Shown: positions 25,582 to 38,767, counted from the first letter of the stretch. The stretch is DNA of 64,000 bases from Malacoraja senta (GCA_038087875.1 JAXLNO010004250.1:62001-126000), one strand, 5' to 3'. A program made the numbers and translations. The notes: generated by a model not told the origin, from the sequence alone.

Positions 25582-27047
25582 TAACTTCGGAGTCACGTGA
25601 GTGACTACGTGAGGAAGGCCGTCCAGGCGCATGCGCGTCATTATGCCTATCGCACTGTTCCTGCCAGCGGTAAGTTTAAACCTCAAGGTAAGTTTTTTTA
25701 TTCACAGGTTATGTTTTCTTTTGCAGGATTCTCTGCTTACAGAGTTTTCCTGCAGAATTTCGGGGCGAAGTCCGGGCGGGCCGCGGGAGAACCTTTATGG
25801 ACCGCGGGGAAGCCCAGTCACGGACCACAAGGAATCCCGGTCATGACCTCGGGGAATCCCGGAAACGGAACGCGGGGAACCCGCTACGGAGACCGCGGAA
25901 GTGCGGGTAGTGGGCGGCGGTCAAATTCGCCTTTCGAGTCGCTGGCGGTGGAGCCAGTGGCTTCAGACTGGTGCCGGTAGCACGTAGGCAACCCCGCTTG
26001 GAGGGTAGCCACGAAGAAAGTCTGTACGGCCCGTTGACTCAAACGAGTCGGGCCAGGAGGATTCCTGATGGAGAGGATCCCCTCCTTCATGGTAACATCT
26101 TTGAACGTTCAAATCCACATGGAGCACCTGATTGAGAGGTGCTCCACAATGATATATTCCAAAGGAGGGAGTTATCACCGCGGGTCTCCTCGGGGGCCCA
26201 CGGCAACGGCACCTGTTACAAGGCTGCACAATGTCCCCATCTCTGAGGAGGGGAGCATTTGGGGTCAGTTCCTGTCTGACTCAGAGCACAACTCCTGATA
26301 TAGGTTCGTAGGAGGGGCCATGTCAGCACAGGTATCCTTAGGGGCCTGCGGCAGCGCCTGTTTTAAAGGCTGCCTACGAGTCTCCTCTGTGGAGGGGAGT
26401 GCGAGGAAATACTCGCAAGCGAAGGGGTTACTGCCGGATAAATTGATTCCAGCCGTTGGCAGAATACCCGGAAGGGGCCAGAGTTTGCCCTCATGCTACA
26501 AGTGCTGGCAGTGAGCAGCGCTATCAGGGGTGACATTGGAGGATATGAAACCAGCCGCCGAATCTTCTCTTCAGGTAAGACTTATCCAACAGGTATACCT
26601 GGATGAGGAAGCAAAAGCTGTCGGACTAATCAAGGTACCAATGACGAACAAAGCTTCATCGTTCGGCGACGACACATCCCACACCTCATCGGCAGTAAGC
26701 AGTTCACTGAAACTGGTCGCAGCTTGAAAGCTGGGCAGAGGCCAAGGTCCAAGCCGGTCTCAGGGAATATGGAATCCACATACACTACCATTCCTATTCT
26801 CCAACCAAGGAGGGGAATAGAACCCACATCAGGGGCCGCTGGGGTTACCATAGACTACTGGTAACCATGGAGGTAGGTGGGTTTGGTTCTTCCGAAACAT
26901 GGGGTAGTGGACCATTTACAAGTTGGTAATCTGTACAAATTACAATGATAACATGAGATTCAGATCAGTTATATACTAAAATGATAACATGAGATTGGGT
27001 TATTATTGCACAGTATACTAGGGTACCAAGCTTGGCTTGGAATTGGG

Positions 27048-27290
27048 GCCAGAGTTGTCTTTCGAGGCAGGCTCAGTATTACGGCCAGAATTGCCTTCTG
27101 AGACAAGCTCGGGAATTGGCCAGAGTTGTCTTTCGAGGCAGGCTCAGAATTATGGCCGGTGTAGCCTTTCAAGGCAGGCCCAGTATTATGGCCAGAGTTG
27201 TCTTTCGAGGCAGGCTCAGTATTATGATCAGGAACACCTTTCGAGACAGGCTCGGGAATCTGGCCAGAGTTGTCATTCAAGGCAGGCATG
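27048..27290 (+). repeat. 35/36-bp tandem repeat (about 7 units) inside the DIRS RT region
   Basis: Unit ggccagagttgtctttcgaggcaggctcagtattay. Confidence 0.9.
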
Positions 27291-27826
27291 AAATTATGTC
27301 AGGCGTTGTGAAAGATGGAGGATGTTGGTTTAAAAGTGATTTAACTAGCATGTGCAACATAGGTTTTTCAGTATATGGAATTTCGTTGCTGTGTAACAAA
27401 ATGATTTCCTTAGGATCTTTATGGCATGCATCGATTTCAAAGTTGAATACTATTCAGGTCTCATTCAGAGATCCCAGGAGACATTTGGAATTTTTCTGGA
27501 TGGGGCAATGATAACAGTTAATGCGTTGCAAATGGGCTAACTTCAGCTCCCAGGTCATCTACCAAATTACTAAACTGCTTACAGCTCAAAAACACTTGTT
27601 ATGGCTGAACTAAATGATATTCTAAACGCTGTGTTTTGCTAAAATCAACTGTTTCAGCCACAACTATATTTGAGAAATTGAGGTTTCCTCCAGTTAAATT
27701 TAAGTTGATACCAACTAGTTTGATTATTTGGTTTTACCTTTAACTATTAATTATCTGTGACTCCGCCCTGGGGCAAGAGATTGGAATCAATAGAAGCATG
27801 TAACAAACTTGTTATCAAGCAGTCTT

Positions 27827-28378
27827 AACCATATAACCATTACAGCACGGAAACAGGCCATCTCGGCCCTTCAAGTCCATGCCGAACATTTTTTTTATTA
27901 AAAAAAAAAAAAAATACTTCCCCCTAGTCCCATCTACCTGCACTCAGACCATAACCCTCCATTCCTTTCCCGTCCATATACCCATCCAATCTATTTTTAA
28001 AGGATAAAATCGAACCAGCCTCCACCACTTCCACTGGAAGCTCATTCCACACAGCTACCACTCTCTGAGTAAAGAGGTTCCCCTTAATGTTACCCCTAAA
28101 CTTCTGTCCCTTAATTCTCAAGTCATGTCCCCTTGTTTGACTCTTCCCTACTCTCAATGGAAAAAGCTTATCCATGTCAACTCTGTCTAACCCGCTCATA
28201 ATTTTAAAGACCTCTATCAAGTCCCCTCTTAACCTTCTGCGCTCCAAAGAATAAAGACCTAGCTTGTTAAACCTTTCTCTGTAACTTAGTTGCTGAAACC
28301 CAGGCAACATTCTAGTAAATCTCCTCTGTACTCTCTATTTTGTTGACATTCTTCCTATAATTAGGCGACCAAAATTGT
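27827..28378 (-). mobile_element. CR1 family B 3' fragment nested in DIRS
   Basis: ORF 27924-28310 matches the C-terminus of ORF 37283-38668. Tail aaccatataacc. Confidence 0.92.
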
Positions 28379-30436
28379 ACTTCATCAAGTGTAATTGGCA
28401 ATATAGCAGCTGTGTTTCAGCTGTGCAATTGGGTCTTTGCTTTATCTGAACTTTTAACGTGCAAAGTAGTAACCTCTCAAGTGCCATATAGGTCATTGTT
28501 AACGGATCTATGCTTTTACCAGCTGAAGCCATCAAAGTCACAATGGTGGACGAACAATATTCAGCATTGCTCCAGTCGTTTTTGGTCAATGAATCTTCAG
28601 TTATTACAGACTGATGTTAGTGCTCTAAGATGGGAAATTACGAATGCCATCTTCAGTTACGGAGGCGAATGGGATTTGCATGAATTACCAATTCTTCAGT
28701 TATTGGTATCAACTACCTATAGACACTAGGTGCATACTATGGGTTAAAGGGTTATTGTGTGGATATGCATGCTCAGTTCCAGGTTGATACACTGTGGTGG
28801 TGGCATATGTTGGTCACATGGGTGCAATAAAGCCAAAGTATCCTGTCATAATTTACCCAACCTTATTTGGCGCTGGTGTATCATCACATAAAATCAATGA
28901 CAACACAGAATGGATGTTGGATCACAAAGTATTTTATGACATTATGGCTCGATGGAACACCGAATATCGATATGTTTGCATCCAGGCTCATTCACCGGTT
29001 GTAAAGACATGTGGCATCACAGTGGCGAAAGATACATTCTCGCTACATGGGGGAGGAATGTTCTTTTATGTCATTGCTCCAGTTTGCCTCATCAGTCGGG
29101 TCTTGCAATAAATTCAGCAAGATCCCGCTTCAGGGTTTTCGTACTGTCTGACTGGCGTATGTAGCCATGGTTTCTTGCAAATGTTGGGAATCACAGTAGA
29201 ACCTTATATGGGGTTTCTAAACATAAAACTTTGCTGCTTCAGCCTGGGACTCGGGGGAACCAGCCTCTGCATGATTAATCAATTCATTGCCTTACAGAAT
29301 CTGAGAAGACCGCTCCTGCGGCTCGGGGTGGCAGACCGATCCATGTCTGTGTTCACTGCAGAGTGCAGCGATAGCACCAAAAAAGCAGTACATTTCCTCT
29401 TCAGGAGATGGGGAGCCTTCTGTTTAAATACTATGTTACATATAATATGGCATGGACACTGACGTCTTAGGGTTCATTTTCTATGGGCCCTTGACAATAA
29501 ATTAAGTTATAGTCCCATTAACTGCCCAACCTGCTTTCTCATCATATTTGCTGCAGCGAGCGGGACCCGCTCTGTCGGGTCTCACCCTCTGATATCCAGT
29601 TTATTAAGGATATCTTTACACAAGTTCTCCCAGACCCAAGTACACGGAAGTATGCGATATTGACATTGTGTTAACACTACTTCACCAGGGGGCTCCAGCT
29701 ATATCCCTATTTTTGGCTCGGCTCTCATAAGGTAGTTATCCCCTTGGCGCTATTCTCAGGGCAACGGGTCCAGTGATTACATAAATTGCGACTGGACAGG
29801 ATGGTTATACCTGCTAATAATATATTTCATGTTTACGATTTAGTTACGCAGGGCAGCCCAGGGGTGTCAGGTCTCAAACTAGTTCTCACGGCATACCCCA
29901 TGCAGCTTCGTTTATCTGTGGTCACACATTTACATTATGTCAAGGTCACCTAGAGCCTTAGAGGCTCTCATACTACCTATGTAGTTAGTTACTAATAACC
30001 TCATAACAAGGTATCAGTTCAGAGCACCTCCAGGTGGTTAAAACGGGGTTCTGGCTTATACAGGGGTAGATACTAATTTTCTAATCTCACTCCACCAGGG
30101 CTGCTACTACATCAGCAGCAAGGGTTATGCACGGTCCTCTGGACCACATCCTGCCGACTGCAGGATAGTCTAACGTACGAGTTTCCAAACATTTTATTTT
30201 AACCCATTGCCAGACCAGGGGTATTTGCCTACTCTATTTTAGGTTCTATTTCATAGCATTCCCCCCGGATGAGAGGGGTTACTAATGTTATTATTTGTTC
30301 ATTTATCAGCATGTTTTAAATCTATGTCATGTCTGTATGCATTATTAATGTTTTCCCTTATCTGTGGTAAACTGATGCAGTCGCGCTTGTGTGGACTCGT
30401 TTTTCCACGGCATCGAACTACAGAGCTTCAAAGTCT

Positions 30437-30544
30437 TCACGTAGTCACTCACGTGACTCCGAAGTAAAATAGTAAGATTAAACGAGCTTACCAGTTCGAA
30501 GTTTGATCTTTATTTTATGAGGAGTTACGATGAGCGATTACGTG
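30437..30544 (+). other. DIRS internal complementary region (circle-junction copy)
   Basis: 30437-30465 is the reverse complement of left terminus 25584-25612. 30466-30544 is the reverse complement of right terminus 30690-30768, with few mismatches. Confidence 0.93.
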
Positions 30545-30780
30545 CCCTCCACTCCCAACCCTCGTATCATAAAGATCATCTGGTAGTTCTAGTCTTCTCT
30601 AATCTTACTATGTTAGTTCAACTACTGTTATCTGTGATTTCACACCGCTGCTTTGAAGATTGACGCGCATGCGCCTGGACGGCCTTCTTCACGTACTCGC
30701 TCATCGTAACTCCTCATAAAATAAAGATCAAACTTCAAACTGGTAAGTTCTCATTTAATCTTACTATTCTAGCGAGTACA

Positions 30781-31315
30781 TAGATACATAGAAAATAGGT
30801 GCAGGAGTAGGCCATTCAGCCCTTCGAGCCTGCACCGCCATTCAATATGATCATGGCTGATCATCCAACTCAGTATCCCGTACCTGCCTTCTCTCCATAC
30901 CCGCTGATCCCCTTAGCCACAAGGGCCACATCTAACTCCCTCTTAAATATAGCCAATGAACTGGCCTCAACTACCCTCTGTGGCAGAGCGTTCCAGAGAT
31001 TCACCACTCTCTGTGTGAAAGTTTTACCTCATCTCGGTCTTAAAGGATTTCCCCCTTATCCTTAAGCTGTGACCCCTTGTCCTGGACTTCCCCAACATCG
31101 GGAACAATCTTCCTGCATCTAGCCTGTCCAACCCCATAAGAATTTTGTACGTTTCTATAAGATCCCCTCTCAATCTCCTAAATTCTAGCGAGTATAAGCC
31201 AAGTCTATCCAGTCTTTCTTCATATGAAAGTCCTGACATCCCAGGAATCAGTCTGGTGAACCTTCTCTGCACTCCCTCTATGGCTATAATGTCCTTCCTC
31301 AGATTTGGAGACCAT
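30781..31315 (-). mobile_element. Young CR1 family A 3' fragment with a 7-bp TSD
   Basis: gagtaca at 30774-30780 and 31318-31324 flanks it. Tail tagatacatag. Confidence 0.9.
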
Positions 31316-31504
31316 ATGAGTACAAGCCGAGTCTATCGTCTTTCTTACGCACACATATATATATAGGCACTCATATATACACTCATATATACATACACGC
31401 ACAAATGTGTGTGGTGTGTGTGCACATGTATGTGTGTTTATATATATTTATGTGTGTATATATATATATTTGTGTGTATGGGTGTGAGCATATATTTGTC
31501 TCTA

Positions 31505-31682
31505 NNNNNNNNNNNNNNNNNNNNNNNNNNNNNNNNNNNNNNNNNNNNNNNNNNNNNNNNNNNNNNNNNNNNNNNNNNNNNNNNNNNNNNNNNNNNNNNN
31601 NNNNNNNNNNNNNNNNNNNNNNNNNNNNNNNNNNNNNNNNNNNNNNNNNNNNNNNNNNNNNNNNNNNNNNNNNNNNNNNNNN
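31505..31682. other. Assembly gap (178 N) next to a (TA/TG)n microsatellite
   Basis: Run of N. Confidence 1.
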
Positions 31683-32019
31683 GACCAGTGGCTGAGGATA
31701 CAGCCACGGATGGAAGCTGGCAGAGAGCACGGTTGCAGAAGTGGAGGATGCAGCTTCACCTCGCTGTTGTTTCCGGCTGGAGTTACCATCAGTGTCTGGA
31801 ATCTGCCCTCACCCTGTCTGCAGTCAACCCCAGCTAAAGCTTTTTGCTTCATCTTCAGAGTCTGAGGATCGATTTCACACCAAAGTGAAACGCAGCTGTG
31901 ATGGCCATTCACTGGAACCCTGACAACCGAGCGTTGAGAAGATTTTCCCAACTTTGCTAATGTTTACTTTTCTTTAGGTCAGAGATACAGAGGGCCAATT
32001 AACCTACAAACCGGTACCT

Positions 32020-32160
32020 CTGGAGTGTGGGAGGAAACTGGAGCACCCGGAGGAGACCCACACTGTCACTGAGAGAACGTACAAACTCGGTAGTCGTACA
32101 AGCACCTGTAGCCAGGATCGAACCTGGATCTCTGGCGCTGTGAGGCACCTTCTTCTCCGC
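32020..32160 (-). mobile_element. tRNA-derived SINE fragment, flanked downstream by a LINE 3' tail (about 32160-32500)
   Basis: ggaggaaactggagcacccggaggagaccc...caggatcgaacctgg is the reverse complement of the SINE head and core. Confidence 0.75.
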
Positions 32161-32789
32161 GCTCCCGTCGGCAGAAAGTACAGAAGCTTGAAAGTGCGCA
32201 CCACCAGACTCAGGAACAGCTTCTTCCCCTCTGTCATCAGGCTTCTGAACGGTCCTTCCATAAGCTAGGGTACTGTCCGATTCACCTCTACCCCATTGTA
32301 GACATTGGACTTTGTCTCTGGAACTGATGCGGTACAATGCTGAGAACTATATTCTGCACTCTGTATCTTCCCCTTTGCTCTACCGATTGTACCTGAGTTT
32401 GACCTGGTTGCGTCTATGTGCGGTTAAACGGATCTGTTTTGGACAGCAAGCTAAACAACGCTTTTCACTGTACCTCAGTGCAGGTGACATCAATAAAACT
32501 GATCCTAAACACAAACCTGCACATTTCATGCTCAAACACATCTAACCAGAAGTCTCTGCCTTTGTAAAGCTTTGTGTAAGGTGTCAAAAACAAAATACAT
32601 GTTCTGTACAGCCCCATTTATTGTTAGCAGTGATTCATTGGTGAAAATATCAAAAAAATGTTGAAGTAATCCTTGTTATTCGGTTCGTTTATCGATGTTA
32701 TGTAGTGTAATCATTCAAACAGTCATGCAAATATATTCACTCCCCCTAATACTCCCTTCCTCGATAGGTTTTACTGTAAGTTGTAAATA

Positions 32790-33138
32790 ACCCGCTGAGT
32801 TACTCCAGCACTCTGTGAAACGTCAACTATCCATGTTCTCCACAAATGCTGCCTGACCCGCTGAATTACTCCAGCACCCTGTGAAACGTCACCTATCCAT
32901 GTTCTCCACAGATGCTGCCTGACCTGCTGAGTCACTCCAGCACTCTGTGAAACTTCACCTATCCATGTTCTCCACAGATGCTGCCTGACCCGCTGAGTTA
33001 CTGCAGCACTCTGAAACGTCACCTATCCATGTTCTCCACAGATGCTGCCTCACCCGCTGAGTTACTCCAGCACTCTGTGAAACGTCACCTATCCATGTTC
33101 TCCACAGATGCTGCCTGACCCGTTGAGTTACTCCAGCA
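32790..33138 (+). repeat. Second 66-bp Penelope-derived tandem array (about 5 units)
   Basis: Same unit as 7722-8198. Confidence 0.92.
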
Positions 33139-33859
33139 CTGATTTCCTTGGGATCGTCTCTCCCAACTGGGTGACACAGTGCAAGGTCCCCAGTAGACAT
33201 TCTTTCAACGGGGAAACAGGCCCTTCGGCCCACCTCATCCATACCGACCACGATGCCCCATCTACTCTTGTCCCACCTGCCCGCATTTGGCCCATATCCC
33301 TCTGAACCTTTCCCATCCATGTACCTGCCTGTTTTTTTTTAAATATTGGTATATTTCGACTGCTGCCTGCCCTGTCCGACCAGCCGAGTTTTGTGTCCAT
33401 GTTCTCCCCGCAGTACCGGCTGCCAGCAGCAGGTGGGGGTGCTGCACCGTCAAACTGTACTGAGCTCTGGACAGCTCGTCATCACCATTTCCTGGTTGGA
33501 AGCGGCATTACAACTGTCCCGGACTGTGAACTGAAAGTCCCATTGTAGATCATTAGATAGGAACAGAATTAATCATTCGGCCCATTAAGTCTGCTCCGCT
33601 ATTCCATCTTCGCTGATCTGCGTATCCATCCCAACCCCATTCGCCTGCCTTTGACACCCTTACTAATCTACAGATGCGCCGCAGAAAGCATTTAATCGGT
33701 GGGAAGGAACTGCAGATGCTGGTATACACCGAAGATAGACACAAAATGCTGGAGTAACTCAACGGGACTGGCAGCATCTCTGGAGAGAAGGAATGGGTGA
33801 CGTTTCGGGACGAGACCCTTCTTCAAACTCGGGATGGACCACAGCGTAAAATTGCAGAG

Positions 33860-34270
33860 TTGTGGACGCAGCCCAGACCATCACGCAAACCAACCTCCCC
33901 TTCCATTGACTGTCATAGATTGATACAGTATGGAAACAGGCCCTTCGGCCCAACTTGCCCACACCGGCCAACAAAGTCCCAGTAACACTAGTCCCACCTG
34001 CGCTTGGTCCATATCGCTCCAAACCTGTCCTATCCATGCGCCTGTCTAACTGTTGCTTAAATGATCGGATAGTCCCAGCCTCAACTACCTCCCCTGGCAG
34101 CTTGTTCCATACATCCACCATCTTCTGTGTGAAAAAATTACCCCTCAAATTCCTATTAAATCTTTTCCCCTTCACCTTGAACGTATGTCCTCTGGTCCTC
34201 GATTCCCCTACTCTGGGCAAGAGACTCTGTGCATCTACCCGATCTATTCCTCTCCTGATTTTGTACACAT
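33860..34270 (-). mobile_element. CR1/L2-clade LINE 3' fragment
   Basis: Encodes MYKIRRGIDRVDAQSLLPRVGESRTRGH...WNKLP. Confidence 0.8.
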
Positions 34271-34455
34271 CTACACTTCATGCAGCCTCGGCAAGGCCAC
34301 ATCTACATTTCCCCTGGTTTTATTTCCGTGTTCACTGGGGTTTTTACGACGCCGAATTTGGGGATTAAATGGGAGTCGTTCAGCGCCGACCTGTTGTCCA
34401 CCGGGTTTCTGCCCCTGAGCCCCGCTCCTGACGCCGGTCCCTGGACCCGACCCGT

Positions 34456-34994
34456 TTACACATCCGGAGGGGAACCGGAGCAGATTCTCAGCCACTTGTC
34501 TTTATGCGAAGGCGAGAAGAAAGGATAAAGTTTCTCCGTGAATGTATTCCCAGTGAAGGCATGGAGATGGGAATTGGTGTCCACGTCGTAAAATGAAACT
34601 GTCCCGGACTCGTAACTGAGATAAACTCCCACCCTCCCGGAGATGGGACGGTCGGGGAGAGGGGATCGAGGGGAAGTGACTGCATTAAACCCGTCACCCT
34701 GCCGCCAGATGATCCAGACTCCAGTCTCCGGGGTCAGTTTGACACGTCTCTTCCTCTCCACAGACTCAGCGACGAATCCCAGACACCACCACTCACACCC
34801 CGCCACCTCCACCTCCCAGTAATGTCTCCCCGATGTGAATCCCTCCGATCCCAGCACACACCACCAATCTGTAAACCTCTTCCCGGTGTCAGGGAGATTC
34901 CTCTCGATCCCGGTCCTTGTCTGTCTCACCCTCTTCCGATCCTCAGACACCTCGAGCCGCGGATGCGCTGTTTCCACATCCAGGGTGACGGAGA
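34456..34994 (-). CDS. B30.2 (PRY-SPRY) terminal exon of the butyrophilin-like gene
   Basis: Acceptor cttctccccccag|, phase 1. Reads (V)SVTLDVETAHPRLEVSED...VLGSEGFTSGRHYWEVEV...RVGVYLSYESGTVSFYD...LYPFF and is open to the stop. AATAAA at 34324-34319. Confidence 0.93.
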
Positions 34995-35349
34995 CTGGGG
35001 GGAGAAGCAGAGAATCAGAGAGTCCCCGGGGGTCGGGGTAGGGCTCAGGCAGCGTGGCCCCGGGACCGGGGGAGAGGCCGCTCGGGCACAGGCGGGCGGA
35101 CAACTGGACGATATCCCGGCGTATTCCCGCCCACCAACATCCCATGGACAAAAACATATTTCCCGGAGTTTCCTAATTCGGGTGGAAGTGGACGGGAACC
35201 GGGTGAACGGTGAGAAATAAAAACAAACTGCTGGAGGAAGTCCGCGGGTCAGGCAACACATGTGTAAGGAAATGACAGAACACGTCTAGGGTCTGAGGAA
35301 GATAAAAATGCTGGATAAACTCAGCGGGTGAGGCAGCATCTATGAAGCC

Positions 35350-38300
35350 AATTCGGATAGGCGATTCTGTGGACGCAGTCAGGAGACCCGGATGGTAGTT
35401 TGCCTCCCTGGTGCCAGGGTCAGGGATGTGTCTGAACGCGTCCAAGATATCCTGAAATCGGAGGGAGAGGAGCCTGAGGTTGTGGTACATATAGGTACCA
35501 ATGACATAGGTAGAAAAAGAGAAGAGGTCTTGAAAGGAGAATTTAGGGAGTTGGGAGGAGAGCTAAGGAGAAGGACTACAAAGGTAACAATCTCAGGATT
35601 ACTACCTGTGCCACGCGACGGTGAGAGTAGGAATGGAGTGAGGTGGAGGATAAATGCGTGGCTGAGGAACTGGTGCAGCGGGCAGGGATTCAAATTTCTG
35701 GATCATTGGGACCTCTTTTGGGGAAGGTGTGACCAGTACAGAAAGGACGGGTTGCACTTGAACCCGAGGGGGACCAATATCCTGGCGGGGAGATTTGCAA
35801 AGGCTACTGGGGAGACTTTAAACTAGAACGGTTGGGGGGAGGGACTCAAATAGAGAAAGCTAGTGGAAAATGTGGGAGGCAGGAGGCAGAGAAGGGAAGC
35901 ACTCGGACCCAAAATGTAGGGGAGAAAGAAGAAAAAGATAATAAACAGAGAATAAGTGGTGGTGGGTTTCTTAAATGTGTATATTTTAATGCTAGGAGCA
36001 TTGTAAGAAAGGTGGATGAGCTTAGAGCCTGGATTGACACCTGGAAGTATGATGTTGTGGCGATCAGTGAAACATGGTTGCAGGAGGGCTGTGATTGGCA
36101 AATAAATATTCCTGGATTTCGTTGCTTCAGGGGTGATAGAATTGGAGGGGCAAGAGGTGGGGGTGTTGCATTGCTTGTCAAGGAAGATATTACAGCAGTG
36201 CTTTGGCAGGATAGATTAGAGGGCTTGTCTAGGGAGGCTATTTGGGTGGAACTGAGAAATGGGAAAGGTGTAGCAACACTTATAGGGCTGTATTATAGAC
36301 CACCAAATGGGGAGCGAGAATTGGAAGAGCAAATATGTAAGGAGATAGCAGATATTAGTAGTTAAGCACAAGGTAGTGATTGTGGGAGATTTCAATTTTC
36401 CACACATAGACTGGGAAACACATTCTGTAAAAGGGCTGGATGGTTTGGAGTTTGTAAAATGTGTGCAAGATAGTTTTTTGCAGCAATACATAGAGGTACC
36501 TACTAGAGAAGGGGCAGTTCTCTTCGGGTCCAGTGATCACAATACCATTAGTTTCAATATAATTATGGAGAGGGTCAGAACTGGACCTAGGGTTGACATT
36601 TTTGTTTGGAGAAAGGCTAACTTTGAGGAGATGCGAAAGGATTTAAAAGGAGTGAATTGGGACATGTTGTTTTATGGGAAGGATGTAGAAGAAAAATGGA
36701 CGACATTTAAGGGTGAAATTTTAAGAGTACAGAATCTTTATGTCCCTGTTCGGTTGAAAGGAAATAGTAAAAAATGGAAAGAGCCATGGTTTTCAAGGGA
36801 AATTGGACACGGTTCGGAAAAAGCGAGAGATCTACAATAATTATAGGCAGCATGGAGTAAATGAGGTGCTTGAGGAGTATAAAGAATGTAAAAAGAATAT
36901 TAAGAAAGAAATTAGAAAAGCTAAAAGAAGATATGAGGTTGCTTTGGCAAGAAAGGTGAAAGTAAATCCAAAGGGTTTCTACAGCTATATTAATAGCAAA
37001 AGGATAACAAGGAATAAAATTGGTCCATTAGAGAGTCAGAGTGGACAGCTATCTGCAGAGCCAAAAGAGATGGGGGAGATATTGAACAATTTCTTTTCTT
37101 CGGTGTTCACGAAGGAGAAGGATATGGAATTATGTGAGGTAAGGGAAACAAGCAGAGTAGCAATAGAAACGGATAAGTCTCCAGGTCCTGACAGGATATT
37201 CCCTAGGACATTGAGGGAAGTTAGTGTAGAAATAGCAGGGGCTATAACAGAAATATTTCAAATGTCATTAGAAACGTGAATAGTGCCGGAGGATTGGCGT
37301 ACTGCGCATGTTGTTCCGTTGTTTAAAAAGGGTTCGAAGAGTAAACCTAGCAATTATAGACCTGTTAGTTTGACGTCAGTGGTGGGCAAATTAATGGAAA
37401 GGATACTTAAAGATAATATATATAAGCATCTGGATAAGCAGGGTCTGATTAGGAACAGTCAACATGGATTTGTGCCTCGCAGGTCATGCTTGACTAATCT
37501 TCTTGAATTTTTCGAAGAGGTTACTAGGGAAATCGATGAGGGTAAAGCAGTGGATGTTGTCTATATGGACTTCAGTAAGGCCTTTGACAAGGTTCCTCAT
37601 GGAAGGTTGGTTAAGAAGTTTCAACTGTTGGGTATTAATGGTGGAGTAGCAAGATGGATTCAACAGTGGCTGAATGGGAGATGCCAGAGAGTAATGGTGG
37701 ATGGCTGTTTGTCAGGTTGGAGGCCGGTGACTAGTGGGGTGCCTCAGGGGTCTGTGTTGGGTCCACTGTTGTTTGTCATGTACATCAATGATCTGGATGA
37801 TGGTGTGGAAAATTGGATTAGTAAGTATGCAGATGATACTAAGATAGGTGGTGTTGTGGATAATGAAGTAGTTTTTCAAAGTCTACAGAGAGATTTAGGC
37901 CATTTGGAAGAGTGGACTGAAAGATGGCAAATGGAGTTTAATGCTGACAAATGTGAGGTGCTACATCTCGGCAGGACAAATCAAAATAGGACGTACACGG
38001 TAAATGGTAGCGAATTGAGGAATGCAGTTGAACACAGGGATCTAGGAATAACTGTGCATAGTTCCCTGAAGGTGGAATCTCATGTAGATAGGGTGGTAAA
38101 GAAAGCTTTTGGTGTGCTGGCCTTTATAAATCAGAGCATTGAATATAGAAGTTGGGATGTAATGTTAAAATTGTACAAGGCATTGGTGAGGCCAATTCTG
38201 GAGTATGGAGTACAATTTTGGTCGCCTAATTATAGGAAGGATGTCAACAAAATAGAGAGAGTACAATGGAGATTTACTAGAATGTTGCCTGGGTTTCAGC

Positions 38301-38767
38301 AACTAAGTTACAGAGAAAGGTTGAACAAGTTAGGTCTTTATTCTTTGGAGCGCAGAAGGTTAAGAGGGGACTTGATAGACGTCTTTAAAATTATGAGCGG
38401 GTTAGACAGAGTGGACGTGGATAAGCTTTTCCCATTGAGAGTAGGGAAGATTCAAACAAGGGGACATGACTTGAGAATTAAGGGACAGAAGTTTAGGGGG
38501 AACATTAGGGGGAACTTCTTTACTCAGAGAGTGGTAGCTGTGTGGAATGAGCTTCCAGTGGAAGTGGTGGAGGCAGGTTCGATGTTATCCTTTAAAAATA
38601 GATTGGATGGGTATATGGACGGGAAAGGAATGGAGGGTTATGGTCTGAGTGCAGGTAGATGGGACTAGGGGGAAGTATTTATTTTTAATTTTAAAAAAAA
38701 TGTTCGGCACGGACTTGAAGGGCCGAGATGGCCTGTTTCCGTGCTGTTATGGTTATATGGTTATATG
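35350..38767 (+). mobile_element. CR1 family B, near full length (ORF1 SGNH-esterase part, APE, RT), with frameshifts and stops
   Basis: VVVHIGTND (35392-35826), CVYFNARSI/GDFNFP (APE), 461-aa RT ORF 37283-38668, tail ttatggttatatggttatatg. Confidence 0.96.

Larger units (their letters stand above)
25582..30768 (+). mobile_element. DIRS1-type tyrosine-recombinase retrotransposon; terminal repeats and ICR intact, ORFs decayed
   Basis: ITR pair 25606-25640 / 30661-30695. ICR 30437-30544 is complementary to both outer termini. Remnants of RT (KDGG, IDF, W.GQ, SAPR; about 27300-27630), DAM-like MT (FSLHGGGMFFYVIAPVCLISRVLQ; about 29030-29110) and YR (about 29300-30250). No TSD. Confidence 0.9.

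Noticed and set aside
28950-29170. Stand-alone DNA adenine methyltransferase or horizontally acquired restriction-modification gene
   Set aside because: It is the known MT domain of DIRS1-type elements and is disrupted by stops and frameshifts.
35143-35172. Possible 30-nt micro-exon before B30.2 (GNSGKYVFVH)
   Set aside because: The would-be donor is GG (ggatgt), not GT. The 27-nt exon at 40511-40537 already fits. It may be a relic, but is unsupported.
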